Shown here piece by piece: positions 1 to 15,000 of a stretch of 64,000 nucleotides of DNA. The stretch is from Yuukianura sp. NJ FZ-2021 (lineage: Eukaryota). How positions within the stretch are numbered: the first letter of the stretch is position 1; each line of letters opens with the position of its first letter. The translations under genes were made by a program, and so were the position numbers. The notes under the pieces are model-generated. The model did no database searches and was not told the origin of the DNA. It saw only the letters and a list, made by a program, of their open reading frames with translations. The DNA is taken from NCBI GenBank assembly GCA_046563655.1, contig CM102283.1, positions 5,208,001-5,272,000 of the forward strand, in the 5' to 3' direction.

Positions 1-3000
1 CTGTAAAGGCTCAGAATTTAGAATTAAACCTTAAAATTTGCCAAAAAAAGCCAGTCTTCTGTTTTTGCACAGCCCAGTGTTGAAATCACCTCGCTGTGCG
101 TCAAAATAAAAGCGAACCTTTGACACAACAAATGTGACGAAAAATTCTGCTGTAACACGCAAGCAGTGGAGTCAATCGTTGTCTCTAAAGGCTCAGAATT
201 TAGAATTAAACCTTAAAATTTGCCAAAAAAAGCCAGTCTTCTGTTTTTGCACATGTGGTTTTTAACTGTACAGCCCAGTGTTGAAATCCCCTCACTGCGC
301 GTCAAAATAAAAGTGAACCATTGACACAACAAATGTGACGAAACATTCTGCTGTAACACGCAAGCAGTGGAGTCAATAGTTGTCTGTAAAGGCTCAGAAT
401 CCAGAATTAAACCTTAAAATTTGCCAAAAAAGCCAGTCTTCTATTTTTGCGCGTGTAAGTGGTTTGTAACTGTACAGCCCAGTGTTGAAATCCCCTCACT
501 GTGCGTCAAAATAAAAGCAAACCTTTGACACAACAAATGTGATGAAAAATTCTGCTGTAACACGCAAGCAGTGGAGTCAATAGTTGTCTGTAAAGGCTCA
601 GAATCTAGAATTAAACCTTAAAATTTGCCAAAAAAGCCAGTCTTCTGTTTTTGCACAGCCCAGTGTTGAAATCCCCTCACTGTGCGTCAAAATAAAAGCT
701 AACCTTTGACACAACAAATGTGACGAAAAATTCTGCTGTAACACGCAAGCAGTGGAGTCAATAGTTGTCTGTAAAGGCTCAGAATCCAGAATTAAACCTT
801 ATTTGCAAAAAAAAAGCCAGTCTTCTATTTTTGCGCGTGTAAGTGGTTTGTAACTGTACAGCCCAGTGTTGAAATCCCCTCACTGTGCGTCAAAATAAAA
901 GTGAACCATTGACACAACAAATGTGACGAAAAATTCTGCTGTAACACGCAAGCAGTGGAGTCAATAGTTGTCTGTAAAAGCTCAGAATCCAGAATTAAAC
1001 CTTAAAATTTGCCAAAAAAAGCCAGTCTTCTATTTTTGCGCGTGTAAGTGGTTTGTAACTGTACAGCCCAGTGTTGAAATCCCCTCACTGTGCGTCAAAA
1101 TAAAAGCAAACCTTTGACACAACAAATGTGACGAAAAATTCTGCTGTAACACGCAAGCAGTGGAGTCAATAGTTGTCTGTAAAGGCTCAGAATTTAGAAT
1201 TAAACCTTAAAATTTGCCAAAAAAAGCCAGTCTTCTGTTTTTGCACAGCCCAGTGTTGAAATCACCTCGCTGTGCGTCAAAATAAAAGCGAACCTTTGAC
1301 ACAACAAATGTGACGAAAAATTCTGCTGTAACACGCAAGCAGTGGAGTCAATAGTTGTCTGTAAAGGCTCAGAATTTAGAATTAAACCTTAAAATTTGCC
1401 AAAAAAAGCCAGTCTTCTGTTTTTGCACAGCCCAGTGTTGAAATCACCTCGCTGTGCGTCAAAATAAAAGCGAACCTTTGACACAACAAATGTGACGAAA
1501 AATTCTGCTGTAACACGCAAGCAGTGGAGTCAATAGTTGTCTGTAAAGGCTCAGAATCCAGAATTAAACCTTAAAATTTGCCAAAAAAAGCCAGTCTTCT
1601 GTTTTTGCACAGCCCAGTGTTGAAATCCCCTCACTGTGCGTCAAAATAAAAGCTAACCTTTGACACAACAAATGTGACGAAACATTCTGCTGTAACACGC
1701 AAGCAGTGGAGTCAATAGTTGTCTGTAAAGGCTCAGAATCCAGAATTAAACCTTAAAATTTGCCAAAAAAAAGCCAGTCTTCTATTTTTGCGCGTGTAAG
1801 TGGTTTGTAACTGTACAGCCCAGTGTTGAAATCCCCTCACTGTGCGTCAAAATAAAAGCAAACCTTTGACACAACAAATGTGATGAAAAATTCTGCTGTA
1901 ACACGCAAGCAGTGGAGTCAATAGTTGTCTGTAAAGGCTCAGAATCTAGAATTAAACCTTAAAATTTGCCAAAAAAAGCCAGTCTTCTGTTTTTGCACAG
2001 CCCAGTGTTGAAATCCCCTCACTGTGCGTCAAAATAAAAGCTAACCTTTGACACAACAAATGTGACGAAAAATTCTGCTGTAACACGCAAGCAGTGGAGT
2101 CAATAGTTGTCTGTAAAGGCTCAGAATCCAGAATTAAACCTTATTTGCAAAAAAAAGCCAGTCTTCTATTTTTGCGCGTGTAAGTGGTTTGTAACTGTAC
2201 AGCCCAGTGTTGAAATCCCCTCACTGTGCGTCAAAATAAAAGTGAACCATTGACACAACAAATGTGACGAAAAATTCTGCTGTAACACGCAAGCAGTGGA
2301 GTCAATAGTTGTCTGTAAAAGCTCAGAATCCAGAATTAAACCTTAAAATTTGCCAAAAAAAGCCAGTCTTCTATTTTTGCGCGTGTAAGTGGTTTGTAAC
2401 TGTACAGCCCAGTGTTGAAATCCCCTCACTGTGCGTCAAAATAAAAGCAAACCTTTGACACAACAAATGTGACGAAAAATTCTGCTGTAACACGCAAGCA
2501 GTGGAGTCAATAGTTGTCTGTAAAGGCTCAGAATTTAGAATTAAACCTTAAAATTTGCCAAAAAAAGCCAGTCTTCTGTTTTTGCACAGCCCAGTGTTGA
2601 AATCACCTCGCTGTGCGTCAAAATAAAAGCGAACCTTTGACACAACAAATGTGACGAAAAATTCTGCTGTAACACGCAAGCAGTGGTGTCAATAGTTGTC
2701 TGTAAAGGCTCAGAATCCAGAATTAAACCTTAAAATTTGCCAAAAAAAAGCCAGTCTTCTATTTTTGCGCGTGTAAGTGGTTTGTAACTGTACAACAAAG
2801 TGTTGAAATCACCTCACTGTACGTCAAAATAAAAGCGAACCTTTGACACAACAAATGTGACGAAAAATTCTGCTGTAACACGCAAGCAGTGGAGTCAATA
2901 GTTGTCTGTAAAGGCAAAGAATTTAGAATTAAACCTTAAAATTTGCCAAAAAAAAGCCAGTCTTCTGTTTTTGCGCGTGTAAGTGGTTTGTAACTGTACA

Positions 3001-6000
3001 ACAAAGTGTTGAAATCACCTCGCTGCGCGTCAAAATAAAAGCGAACCTTTGACACAACAAATGTGACGAAAAATTCTGCTGTAACACGCAAGCAGTGGAG
3101 TCAATAGTTGTCTGTAAAGGCTCAGAATTTAGAATTAAACCTTAAAATTTGCCAAAAAAAGCCAGTCTTCTGTTTTTGCACAGCCCAGTGTTGAAATCAC
3201 CTCGCTGTGCGTCAAAATAAAAGCGAACCTTTGACACAACAAATGTGACGAAAAATTCTGCTGTAACACGCAAGCAGTGGAGTCAATCGTTGTCTCTAAA
3301 GGCTCAGAATTTAGAATTAAACCTTAAAATTTGCCAAAAAAAGCCAGTCTTCTGTTTTTGCACATGTGGTTTTTAACTGTACAGCCCAGTGTTGAAATCC
3401 CCTCACTGCGCGTCAAAATAAAAGTGAACCATTGACACAACAAATGTGACGAAACATTCTGCTGTAACACGCAAGCAGTGGAGTCAATAGTTGTCTGTAA
3501 AGGCTCAGAATCCAGAATTAAACCTTAAAATTTGCCAAAAAAAAGCCAGTCTTCTATTTTTGCGCGTGTAAGTGGTTTGTAACTGTACAGCCCAGTGTTG
3601 AAATCCCCTCACTGTGCGTCAAAATAAAAGCAAACCTTTGACACAACAAATGTGATGAAAAATTCTGCTGTAACACGCAAGCAGTGGAGTCAATAGTTGT
3701 CTGTAAAGGCTCAGAATCTAGAATTAAACCTTAAAATTTGCCAAAAAAAGCCAGTCTTCTGTTTTTGCACAGCCCAGTGTTGAAATCACCTCGCTGTGCG
3801 TCAAAATAAAAGCGAACCTTTGACACAACAAATGTGACGAAAAATTCTGCTGTAACACGCAAGCAGTGGAGTCAATAGTTGTCTGTAAAGGCTCAGAATT
3901 TAGAATTAAACCTTAAAATTTGCCAAAAAAAGCCAGTCTTCTGTTTTTGCACAGCCCAGTGTTGAAATCCCCTTACTGCGCGTCAAAATAAAAGCTAACC
4001 TTTGACACAACAGATGTGACGAAAAATTCTGCTGTAACACGCAAGCAGTGGAGTCAATAGTTGTCTGTAAAGGCTCAGAATCCAGAATTAAACCTTAAAA
4101 TTTGCCAAAAAAAGGCCAGTCTTCTATTTTTGCGCGTGTAAGTGGTTTGTAACTGTACAGCCCAGTGTTGAAATCCCCTCACTGTGCGTCAAAATAAAAG
4201 CAAACCTTTGACACAACAAATGTGACGAAAAATTCTGCTGTAACACGCAAGCAGTGGAGTCAATAGTTGTCTGTAAAGGCTCAGAATTTAGAATTAAACC
4301 TTAAAATTTGCCAAAAAAAGCCAGTCTTCTGTTTTTGCACAGCCCAGTGTTGAAATCACCTCGCTGTGCGTCAAAATAAAAGCGAACCTTTGACACAACA
4401 AATGTGACGAAAAATTCTGCTGTAACACGCAAGCAGTGGTGTCAATAGTTGTCTGTAAAGGCTCAGAATCCAGAATTAAACCTTAAAATTTGCCAAAAAA
4501 AGCCAGTCTTCTGTTTTTGCACAGCCCAGTGTTGAAATCCCCTCACTGTGCGTCAAAATAAAAGCTAACCTTTGACACAACAAATGTGACGAAAAATTCT
4601 GCTGTAACACGCAAGCAGTGGAGTCAATAGTTGTCTGTAAAGGCTCAGAATCCAGAATTAAACCTTATTTGCAAAAAAAAGCCAGTCTTCTATTTTTGCG
4701 CGTGTAAGTGGTTTGTAACTGTACAGCCCAGTGTTGAAATCCCCTCACTGTGCGTCAAAATAAAAGTGAACCAATGACACAACAAATGTGACGAAAAATT
4801 CTGCTGTAACACGCAAGCAGTGGAGTCAATAGTTGTCTGTAAAGGCTCAGAATCCAGAATTAAACCTTAAAATTTGCCAAAAAAAGCCAGTCTTCTATTT
4901 TTGCGCGTGTAAGTGGTTTGTAACTGTACAGCCCAGTGTTGAAATCCCCTCACTGTGCGTCAAAATAAAAGCAAACCTTTGACACAACAAATGTGACGAA
5001 AAATTCTGCTGTAACACGCAAGCAGTGGAGTCAATAGTTGTCTGTAAAGGCTCAGAATTTAGAATTAAACCTTAAAATTTGCCAAAAAAAGCCAGTCTTC
5101 TGTTTTTGCACAGCCCAGTGTTGAAATCACCTCGCTGTGCGTCAAAATAAAAGCGAACCTTTGACACAACAAATGTGACGAAAAATTCTGCTGTAACACG
5201 CAAGCAGTGGAGCCAATCGTTGTCTCTAAAGGCTCAGAATTTAGAATTAAACCTTAAAATTTGCCAAAAAAGCCAGTCTTCTGTTTTTGCACATGTGGTT
5301 TTTAACTGTACAGCCCAGTGTTGAAATCCCCTCACTGCGCGTCAAAATAAAAGTGAACCATTGACACAACAAATGTGACGAAAAATTCTGCTGTAACACG
5401 CAAGCAGTGGAGTCAATAGTTGTCTGTAAAGGCTCAGAATCCAGAATTAAACCTTAAAATTTGCCAAAAAAAGCCAGTCTTCTATTTTTGCGCGTGTAAG
5501 TGGTTTGTAACTGTACAGCCCAGTGTTGAAATCCCCTCACTGTGCGTCAAAATAAAAGCAAACCTTTGACACAACAAATGTGATGAAAAATTCTGCTGTA
5601 ACACGCAAGCAGTGGAGTCAATAGTTGTCTGTAAAGGCTCAGAATCTAGAATTAAACCTTAAAATTTGCCAAAAAAAGCCAGTCTTCTGTTTTTGCACAG
5701 CCCAGTGTTGAAATCCCCTCACTGTGCGTCAAAATAAAAGCTAACCTTTGACACAACAAATGTGACGAAAAATTCTGCTGTAACACGCAAGCAGTGGAGT
5801 CAATAGTTGTCTGTAAAGGCTCAGAATCCAGAATTAAACCTTATTTGCAAAAAAAGCCAGTCTTCTATTTTTGCGCGTGTAAGTGGTTTGTAACTGTACA
5901 GCCCAGTGTTGAAATCCCCTCACTGTGCGTCAAAATAAAAGTGAACCATTGACACAACAAATGTGACGAAAAATTCTGCTGTAACACGCAAGCAGTGGAG

Positions 6001-9000
6001 TCAATAGTTGTCTGTAAAGGCTCAGAATCCAGAATTAAACCTTAAAATTTGCCAAAAAAAAGCCAGTCTTCTATTTTTGCGCGTGTAAGTGGTTTGTAAC
6101 TGTACAGCCCAGTGTTGAAATCCCCTCACTGTGCGTCAAAATAAAAGCAAACCTTTGACACAACAAATGTGACGAAAAATTCTGCTGTAACACGCAAGCA
6201 GTGGAGTCAATAGTTGTCTGTAAAGGCTCAGAATTTAGAATTAAACCTTAAAATTTGCCAAAAAAAGCCAGTCTTCTGTTTTTGCACAGCCCAGTGTTGA
6301 AATCACCTCGCTGTGCGTCAAAATAAAAGCGAACCTTTGACACAACAAATGTGACGAAAAATTCTGCTGTAACACGCAAGCAGTGGTGTCAATAGTTGTC
6401 TGTAAAGGCTCAGAATCCAGAATTAAACCTTAAAATTTGCCAAAAAAAAGCCAGTCTTCTATTTTTGCGCGTGTAAGTGGTTTGTAACTGTACAACAAAG
6501 TGTTGAAATCACCTCACTGTACGTCAAAATAAAAGCGAACTTTTGACACAACAAATGTGACGAAAAATTCTGCTGTAACACGCAAGCAGTGGAGTCAATC
6601 GTTGTCTGTAAAGGCAAAGAATTTAGAATTAAACCTTAAAATTTGCCAAAAAAAGCCAGTCTTCTGTTTTTGCACAGCCCAGTGTTGAAATCACCTCGCT
6701 GTGCGTCAAAATAAAAGCGAACCTTTGACACAACAAATGTGACGAAAAATTCTGCTGTAACACGCAAGCAGTGGAGTCAATCGTTGTCTCTAAAGGCTCA
6801 GAATTTAGAATTAAACCTTAAAATTTGCCAAAAAAAGCCAGTCTTCTGTTTTTGCACATGTGGTTTTTAACTGTACAGCCCAGTGTTGAAATCCCCTCAC
6901 TGTGCGTCAAAATAAAAGCTAACCTTTGACACAACAAATGTGACGAAAAATTCTGCTGTAACACGCAAGCAGTGGAGTCAATAGTTGTCTCTAAAGGCTC
7001 AGAATCTAGAATTAAACCTTATTTGCAAAAAAGCCAGTCTTCTATTTTTGCACAGCCCAGTGTTGAAATCACCTCGCTGTGCGTCAAAATAAAAGCGAAC
7101 CTTTGACACAACAAATGTGACGAAAAATTCTGCTGTAACACGCAAGCAGTGGAGTCAATCGTTGTCTCTAAAGGCTCAGAATTTAGAATTAAACCTTAAA
7201 ATTTGCCAAAAAGCCAGTCTTCTGTTTTTGCACAGCCCAGTGTTGAAATCACCTCGCTGTGCGTCAAAATAAAAGCGAACCTTTGACACAACAAATGTGA
7301 CGAAAAATTCTGCTGTAACACGCAAGCAGTGGAGTCAATAGTTGTCTGTAAAGGCTCAGAATTTAGAATTAAACCTTAAAATTTGCCAAAAAAAGCCAGT
7401 CTTCTGTTTTTGCACAGCCCAGTGTTGAAATCACCTCGCTGTGCGTCAAAATAAAAGCGAACCTTTGACACAACAAATGTGACGAAAAATTCTGCTGTAA
7501 CACGCAAGCAGTGGTGTCAATAGTTGTCTGTAAAGGCTCAGAATCCAGAATTAAACCTTAAAATTTGCCAAAAAAAAGCCAGTCTTCTATTTTTGCGCGT
7601 GTAAGTGGTTTGTAACTGTACAACAAAGTGTTGAAATCACCTCACTGTACGTCAAAATAAAAGCGAACCTTTGACACAACAAATGTGACGAAAAATTCTG
7701 CTGTAACACGCAAGCAGTGGAGTCAATCGTTGTCTCTAAAGGCTCAGAATTTAGAATTAAACCTTAAAATTTGCCAAAAAAAGCCAGTCTTCTGTTTTTG
7801 CACATGTGGTTTTTAACTGTACAGCCCAGTGTTGAAATCCCCTCACTGTGCGTCAAAATAAAAGCTAACCTTTGACACAACAAATGTGACGAAAAATTCT
7901 GCTGTAACACGCAAGCAGTGGAGTCAATAGTTGTCTCTAAAGGCTCAGAATCTAGAATTAAACCTTATTTGCAAAAAAAAAAAGCCAGTCTTCTATTTTT
8001 GCACAGCCCAGTGGTGAAATCACCTCGCTGTGCGTCAAAATAAAAGCGAACCAATGACACAACAAATGTGACGAAAAATTCTGCTGTAACACGCAAGCAG
8101 TGGAGTCAATAGTTGTCTGTAAAGGCTCAGAATCCAGAATTAAACCTTATTTGCAAAAAAAGCCAGTCTTCTATTTTTGCGCGTGTAAGTGGTTTGTAAC
8201 TGTACAGCACAGTGTTGAAATCCCCTCACTGTGCGTCAAAATAAAAGTGAACCATTGACACAACAAATGTGACGAAAAATTCTGCTGTAACACGCAAGCA
8301 GTGGAGTCAATAGTTGTCTCTAAAGGCTCAGAATCTAGAATTAAACCTTAAAGTTTGCAAAAAAGCCAGTCTTCTATTTTTGCACAGCCCAGTGGTGAAA
8401 TCCCCTCACTGTGCGTCAAAATAAAAGTGAACCAATGACACAACAAATGTGACGAAAAATTCTGCTGTAACACGCAAGCAGTGGAGTCAATAGTTGTCTG
8501 TAAAGGCTCAGAATCCAGAATTAAACCTTAAAATTTGCCCAAAAAAAGCCAGTCTTCTATTTTTGCGCGTGTAAGTGGTTTGTAACTGTACAGCCCAGTG
8601 TTGAAATCCCCTCACTGTGCGTCAAAATAAAAGCAAACCTTTGACACAACAAATGTGACGAAAAATTCTGCTGTAACACGCAAGCAGTGGAGTCAATAGT
8701 TGTCTGTAAAGGCTCAGAATTTAGAATTAAACCTTAAAATTTGCCAAAAAAAGCCAGTCTTCTGTTTTTGCACAGCCCAGTGTTGAAATCACCTCGCTGT
8801 GCGTCAAAATAAAAGCGAACCTTTGACACAACAAATGTGACGAAAAATTCTGCTGTAACACGCAAGCAGTGGAGTCAATCGTTGTCTCCAAAGGCTCAGA
8901 ATTTAGAATTAAACCTTAAAATTTGCCAAAAAAGCCAGTCTTCTGTTTTTGCACATGTGGTTTTTAACTGTACAGCCCAGTGTTGAAATCCCCTCACTGC

Positions 9001-12000
9001 GCGTCAAAATAAAAGTGAACCATTGACACAACAAATGTGACGAAAAATTCTGCTGTAACACGCAAGCAGTGGAGTCAATAGTTGTCTGTAAAGGCTCAGA
9101 ATTTAGAATTAAACCTTAAAATTTGCCAAAAAAAGCCAGTCTTCTGTTTTTGCACAGCCCAGTGTTGAAATCACCTCGCTGTGCGTCAAAATAAAAGCGA
9201 ACCTTTGACACAACAAATGTGACGAAAAATTCTGCTGTAACACGCAAGCAGTGGTGTCAATAGTTGTCTGTAAAGGCTCAGAATCCAGAATTAAACCTTA
9301 AAATTTGCCAAAAACAAGCCAGTCTTCTATTTTTGCGCGTGTAAGTGGTTTGTAACTGTACAGCCCAGTGTTGAAATCCCATCACTGTGCATCAAAATAA
9401 AAGCAAACCTTTGACACAACAAATGTGACGAAAAATTCTGCTGTAACACGCAAGCAGTGGAGTCAATAGTTGTCTGTAAAGGCTCAGAATTTAGAATTAA
9501 ACCTTAAAATTTGCCAAAAAAAGCCAGTCTTCTGTTTTTGCACAGCCCAGTGTTGAAATCACCTCGCTGTGCGTCAAAATAAAAGCGAACCTTTGACACA
9601 ACAAATGTGACGAAAAATTCTGCTGTAACACGCAAGCAGTGGTGTCAATAGTTGTCTGTAAAGGCTCAGAATCCAGAATTAAACCTTAAAATTTGCCAAA
9701 AAAAGCCAGTCTTCTATTTTTGCGCGTGTAAGTGGTTTGTAACTGTACAACAAAGTGTTGAAATCACCTCACTGTACGTCAAAATAAAAGCGAACCTTTG
9801 ACACAACAAATGTGACGAAAAATTCTGCTGTAACAAGCAAGCAGTGGAGTCAATAGTTGTCTGTAAAGGCTCAGAATTTAGAATTAAACCTTAAAATTTG
9901 CCAAAAAAAAGCCAGTCTTCTGTTTTTGCACAGCCCAGTGTTGAAATCACCTCGCTGTGCGTCAAAATAAAAGCGAACCTTTGACACAACAAATGTGACG
10001 AAAAATTCTGCTGTAACACGCAAGCAGTGGTGTCAATAGTTGTCTGTAAAGGCTCAGAATCCAGAATTAAACCTTAAAATTTGCCAAAAAAAGCCAGTCT
10101 TCTGTTTTTGCACAGCCCAGTGTTGAAATCCCCTCACTGTGCGTCAAAATAAAAGCTAACCTTTGACACAACAAATGTGACGAAAAATTCTGCTGTAACA
10201 CGCAAGCAGTGGAGTCAATAGTTGTCTGTAAAGGCTCAGAATCCAGAATTAAACCTTATTTGCAAAAAAAGCCAGTCTTCTATTTTTGCGCGTGTAAGTG
10301 GTTTGTAACTGTACAGCCCAGTGTTGAAATCCCCTCACTGTGCGTCAAAATAAAAGTGAACCATTGACACAACAAATGTGACGAAAAATTCTGCTGTAAC
10401 ACGCAAGCAGTGGAGTCAATAGTTGTCTGTAAAGGCTCAGAATCCAGAATTAAACCTTAAAATTTGCCAAAAACAAGCCAGTCTTCTATTTTTGCGCGTG
10501 TAAGTGGTTTGTAACTGTACAGCCCAGTGTTGAAATCCCCTCACTGTGCATCAAAATAAAAGCAAACCTTTGACACAACAAATGTGACGAAAAATTCTGC
10601 TGTAACACGCAAGCAGTGGAGTCAATAGTTGTCTGTAAAGGCTCAGAATTTAGAATTAAACCTTAAAATTTGCCAAAAAAAGCCAGTCTTCTGTTTTTGC
10701 ACAGCCCAGTGTTGAAATCACCTCGCTGTGCGTCAAAATAAAAGCGAACCTTTGACACAACAAATGTGACGAAAAATTCTGCTGTAACACGCAAGCAGTG
10801 GAGTCAATAGTTGTCTGTAAAGGCTCAGAATCCAGAATTAAACCTTATTTGCAAAAAAAAGCCAGTCTTCTATTTTTGCGCGTGTAAGTGGTTTGTAACT
10901 GTACAGCCCAGTGTTGAAATCCCCTCACTGTGCGTCAAAATAAAAGCTAACCTTTGACACAACAAATGTGACGAAAAATTCTGCTGTAACACGCAAGCAG
11001 TGGAGTCAATAGTTGTCTGTAAAGGCTCAGAATCCAGAATTAAACCTTATTTGCAAAAAAGCCAGTCTTCTATTTTTGCGCGTGTAAGTGGTTTGTAACT
11101 GTACAGCCCAGTGTTGAAATCCCCTCACTGTGCGTCAAAATAAAAGTGAACCATTGACACAACAAATGTGACGAAAAATTCTGCTGTAACACGCAAGCAG
11201 TGGAGTCAATAGTTGTCTGTAAAGGCTCAGAATCCAGAATTAAACCTTAAAATTTGCCAAAAACAAGCCAGTCTTCTATTTTTGCGCGTGTAAGTGGTTT
11301 GTAACTGTACAGCCCAGTGTTGAAATCCCCTCACTGTGCATCAAAATAAAAGCAAACCTTTGACACAACAAATGTGACGAAAAATTCTGCTGTAACACGC
11401 AAGCAGTGGAGTCAATAGTTGTCTGTAAAGGCTCAGAATTTAGAATTAAACCTTAAAATTTGCCAAAAAAAGCCAGTCTTCTGTTTTTGCACAGCCCAGT
11501 GTTGAAATCACCTCGCTGTGCGTCAAAATAAAAGCGAACCTTTGACACAACAAATGTGACGAAAAATTCTGCTGTAACACGCAAGCAGTGGTGTCAATAG
11601 TTGTCTGTAAAGGCTCAGAATCCAGAATTAAACCTTAAAATTTGCCAAAAAAAGCCAGTCTTCTATTTTTGCGCGTGTAAGTGGTTTGTAACTGTACAAC
11701 AAAGTGTTGAAATCACCTCACTGTACGTCAAAATAAAAGCGAACCTTTGACACAACAAATGTGACGAAAAATTCTGCTGTAACAAGCAAGCAGTGGAGTC
11801 AATAGTTGTCTGTAAAGGCAAAGAATTTAGAATTAAACCTTAAAATTTGCCAAAAAAAGCCAGTCTTCTGTTTTTGCACAGCCCAGTGTTGAAATCCCCT
11901 TACTGCGCGTCAAAATAAAAGCTAACCTTTGACACAACAAATGTGACGAAAAATTCTGCTGTAACACGCAAGCAGTGGTGTCAATAGTTGTCTGTAAAGG

Positions 12001-15000
12001 CTCAGAATCCAGAATTAAACCTTAAAATTTGCCAAAAAAAGCCAGTCTTCTATTTTTGCGCGTGTAAGTGGTTTGTAACTGTACAACAAAGTGTTGAAAT
12101 CACCTCGCTGCGCGTCAAAATAAAAGCGAACCTTTGACACAACAAATGTGACGAAAAATTCTGCTGTAACACGCAAGCAGTGGAGTCAATAGTTGTCTCT
12201 AAAGGCTCAGAATCTAGAACTAAACCTTATTTGCAAAAAAAAGCCAGTCTTCTATTTTTGCACAGCCCAGTGTTGAAATCACCTCGCTGTGCGTCAAAAT
12301 AAAAGCGAACCTTTGACACAACAAATGTGACGAAAAATTCTGCTGTAACACGCAAGCAGTGGAGTCAATCGTTGTCTCTAAAGGCAAAGAATTTAGAATT
12401 AAACCTTAAAATTTGCCAAAAAAAGCCAGTCTTCTGTTTTTGCACAGCCCAGTGTTGAAATCCCCTTACTGCGCGTCAAAATAAAAGCTAACCTTTGACA
12501 CAACAAATGTGACGAAAAATTCTGCTGTAACACGCAAGCAGTGGTGTCAATAGTTGTCTGTAAAGGCTCAGAATCCAGAATTAAACCTTAAAATTTGCCA
12601 AAAAAAGCCAGTCTTCTATTTTTGCGCGTGTAAGTGGTTTGTAACTGTACAACAAAGTGTTGAAATCACCTCGCTGCGCGTCAAAATAAAAGCGAACCTT
12701 TGACACAACAAATGTGACGAAAAATTCTGCTGTAACACGCAAGCAGTGGAGTCAATAGTTGTCTCTAAAGGCTCAGAATCTAGAATTAAACCTTAAATTT
12801 GCAAAAAAAGCCAGTCTTCTATTTTTGCACAGCCCAGTGTTGAAATCACCTCGCTGTGCGTCAAAATAAAAGCGAACCTTTGACACAACAAATGTGACGA
12901 AAAATTCTGCTGTAACACGCAAGCAGTGGAGTCAATCGTTGTCTGTAAAGGCTCAGAATCCAGAATTAAACCTTAAAATTTGCCAAAAAAAGCCAGTCTT
13001 CTGTTTTTGCACATGTGGTTTTTAACTGTACAGCCCAGTGTTGAAATCCCCTCACTGCGCGTCAAAATAAAAGTGAACCATTGACACAACAAATGTGACG
13101 AAAAATTCTGCTGTAACACGCAAGCAGTGGAGTCAATAGTTGTCTGTAAAGGCTCAGAATCCAGAATTAAACCTTAAAATTTGCCAAAAAACCAGTCTTC
13201 TATTTTTGCGCGTGTAAGTGGTTTGTAACTGTACAGCCCAGTGTTGAAATCCCCTCACTGTGCGTCAAAATAAAAGCAAACCTTTGACACAACAAATGTG
13301 ACGAAAAATTCTGCTGTAACACGCAAGCAGTGGAGTCAATAGTTGTCTGTAAAGGCTCAGAATCTAGAATTAAACCTTAAAATTTGCCAAAAAAAAGCCA
13401 GTCTTCTGTTTTTGCACAGCCCAGTGTTGAAATCCCTCACTGTGCGTCAAAATAAAAGCTAACCTTTGACACAACAAATGTGACGAAAAATTCTGCTGTA
13501 ACACGCAAGCAGTGGAGTCAATAGTTGTCTGTAAAGGCTCAGAATCCAGAATTAAACCTTATTTGCAAAAAAAGCCAGTCTTCTATTTTTGCGCGTGTAA
13601 GTGGTTTGTAACTGTACAGCCCAGTGTTGAAATCCCTCACTGTGCGTCAAAATAAAAGTGAACCATTGACACAACAAATGTGACGAAAAATTCTGCTGTA
13701 ACACGCAAGCAGTGGAGTCAATAGTTGTCTGTAAAGGCTCAGAATCCAGAATTAAACCTTAAAATTTGCCAAAAAAAGGCCAGTCTTCTATTTTTGCGCG
13801 TGTAAGTGGTTTGTAACTGTACAGCCCAGTGTTGAAATCCCCTCACTGTGCGTCAAAATAAAAGCAAACCTTTGACACAACAAATGTGACGAAAAATTCT
13901 GCTGTAACACGCAAGCAGTGGAGTCAATAGTTGTCTGTAAAGGCTCAGAATCCAGAATTAAACCTTAAAATTTGCCAAAAAAAAGCCAGTCTTCTGTTTT
14001 TGCACAGCCCAGTGTTGAAATCACCTCGCTGTGCGTCAAAATAAAAACTAACCTTTGACACAACAAATGTGACGAAAAATTCTGCTGTAACACGCAAGCA
14101 GTGGAGTCAATAGTTGTCTGTAAAGGCTCAGAATCCAGAATTAAACCTTAAAATTTGCCAAAAAAAAGCCAGTCTTCTATTTTTGCGCGTGTAAGTGGTT
14201 TGTAACTGTACAGCCCAGTGTTGAAATCCCCTCACTGTGCGTCAAAATAAAAGCAAACCTTTGACACAACAAATGTGACGAAAAATTCTGCTGTAACACG
14301 CAAGCAGTGGAGTCAATAGTTGTCTGTAAAGGCTCAGAATCCAGAATTAAACCTTAAAATTTGCCAAAAAAAAGCCAGTCTTCTATTTTTGCGCGTGTAA
14401 GTGGTTTGTAACTGTACAGCCCAGTGTTGAAATCCCTTCACTGTGCGTCGAAATAAAAGCAAACCTTTGACACAACAAATGTGACGAAAAATTCTGCTGT
14501 AACATGCAAGCAGTGGAGTCAATAGTTGTCTGTAAAGGCTCAGAATCTAGAATTAAACCTTAAAATTTGCCAAAAAAAAAGCCAGTCTTCTGTTTTTGCA
14601 CATGTGGTTTTTAACTGTACAGCCCAGTGTTGAAATCCCCTCACTGTGCGTCAAAATAAAAGCTAACCTTTGACACAACAAATGTGACGAAAAATTCTGC
14701 TGTAACACGCAAGCAGTGGAGTCAATAGTTGTCTGTAAAGGCTCAGAATCTAGAATTAAACCTTAAAATTTGCCAAAAAAAGCCAGTCTTCTGTTTTTGC
14801 ACAGCCCAGTGTTGAAATCACCTCGCTGTGCGTCAAAATAAAAGCGAACCTTTGACACAACAAATGTGACGAAACATTCTGCTGTAACACGCAAGCAGTG
14901 GAGTCAATAGTTGTCTCTAAAGGCTCAGAATCTAGAATTAAACCTTAAAATTTGCCAAAAAAAAGCCAGTCTTCTGTTTTTGCACATGTGGTTTTTAACT

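Noticed and set aside
130..175. Hammerhead ribozyme in the satellite monomer (gtgacga/gtgatga followed by aaa and hairpins)
   Set aside because: The core needs CUGANGA plus a separate GAAA after stem II. Here position 3 is G and the topology is absent on both strands by eye. A covariance-model search would be the definitive test.
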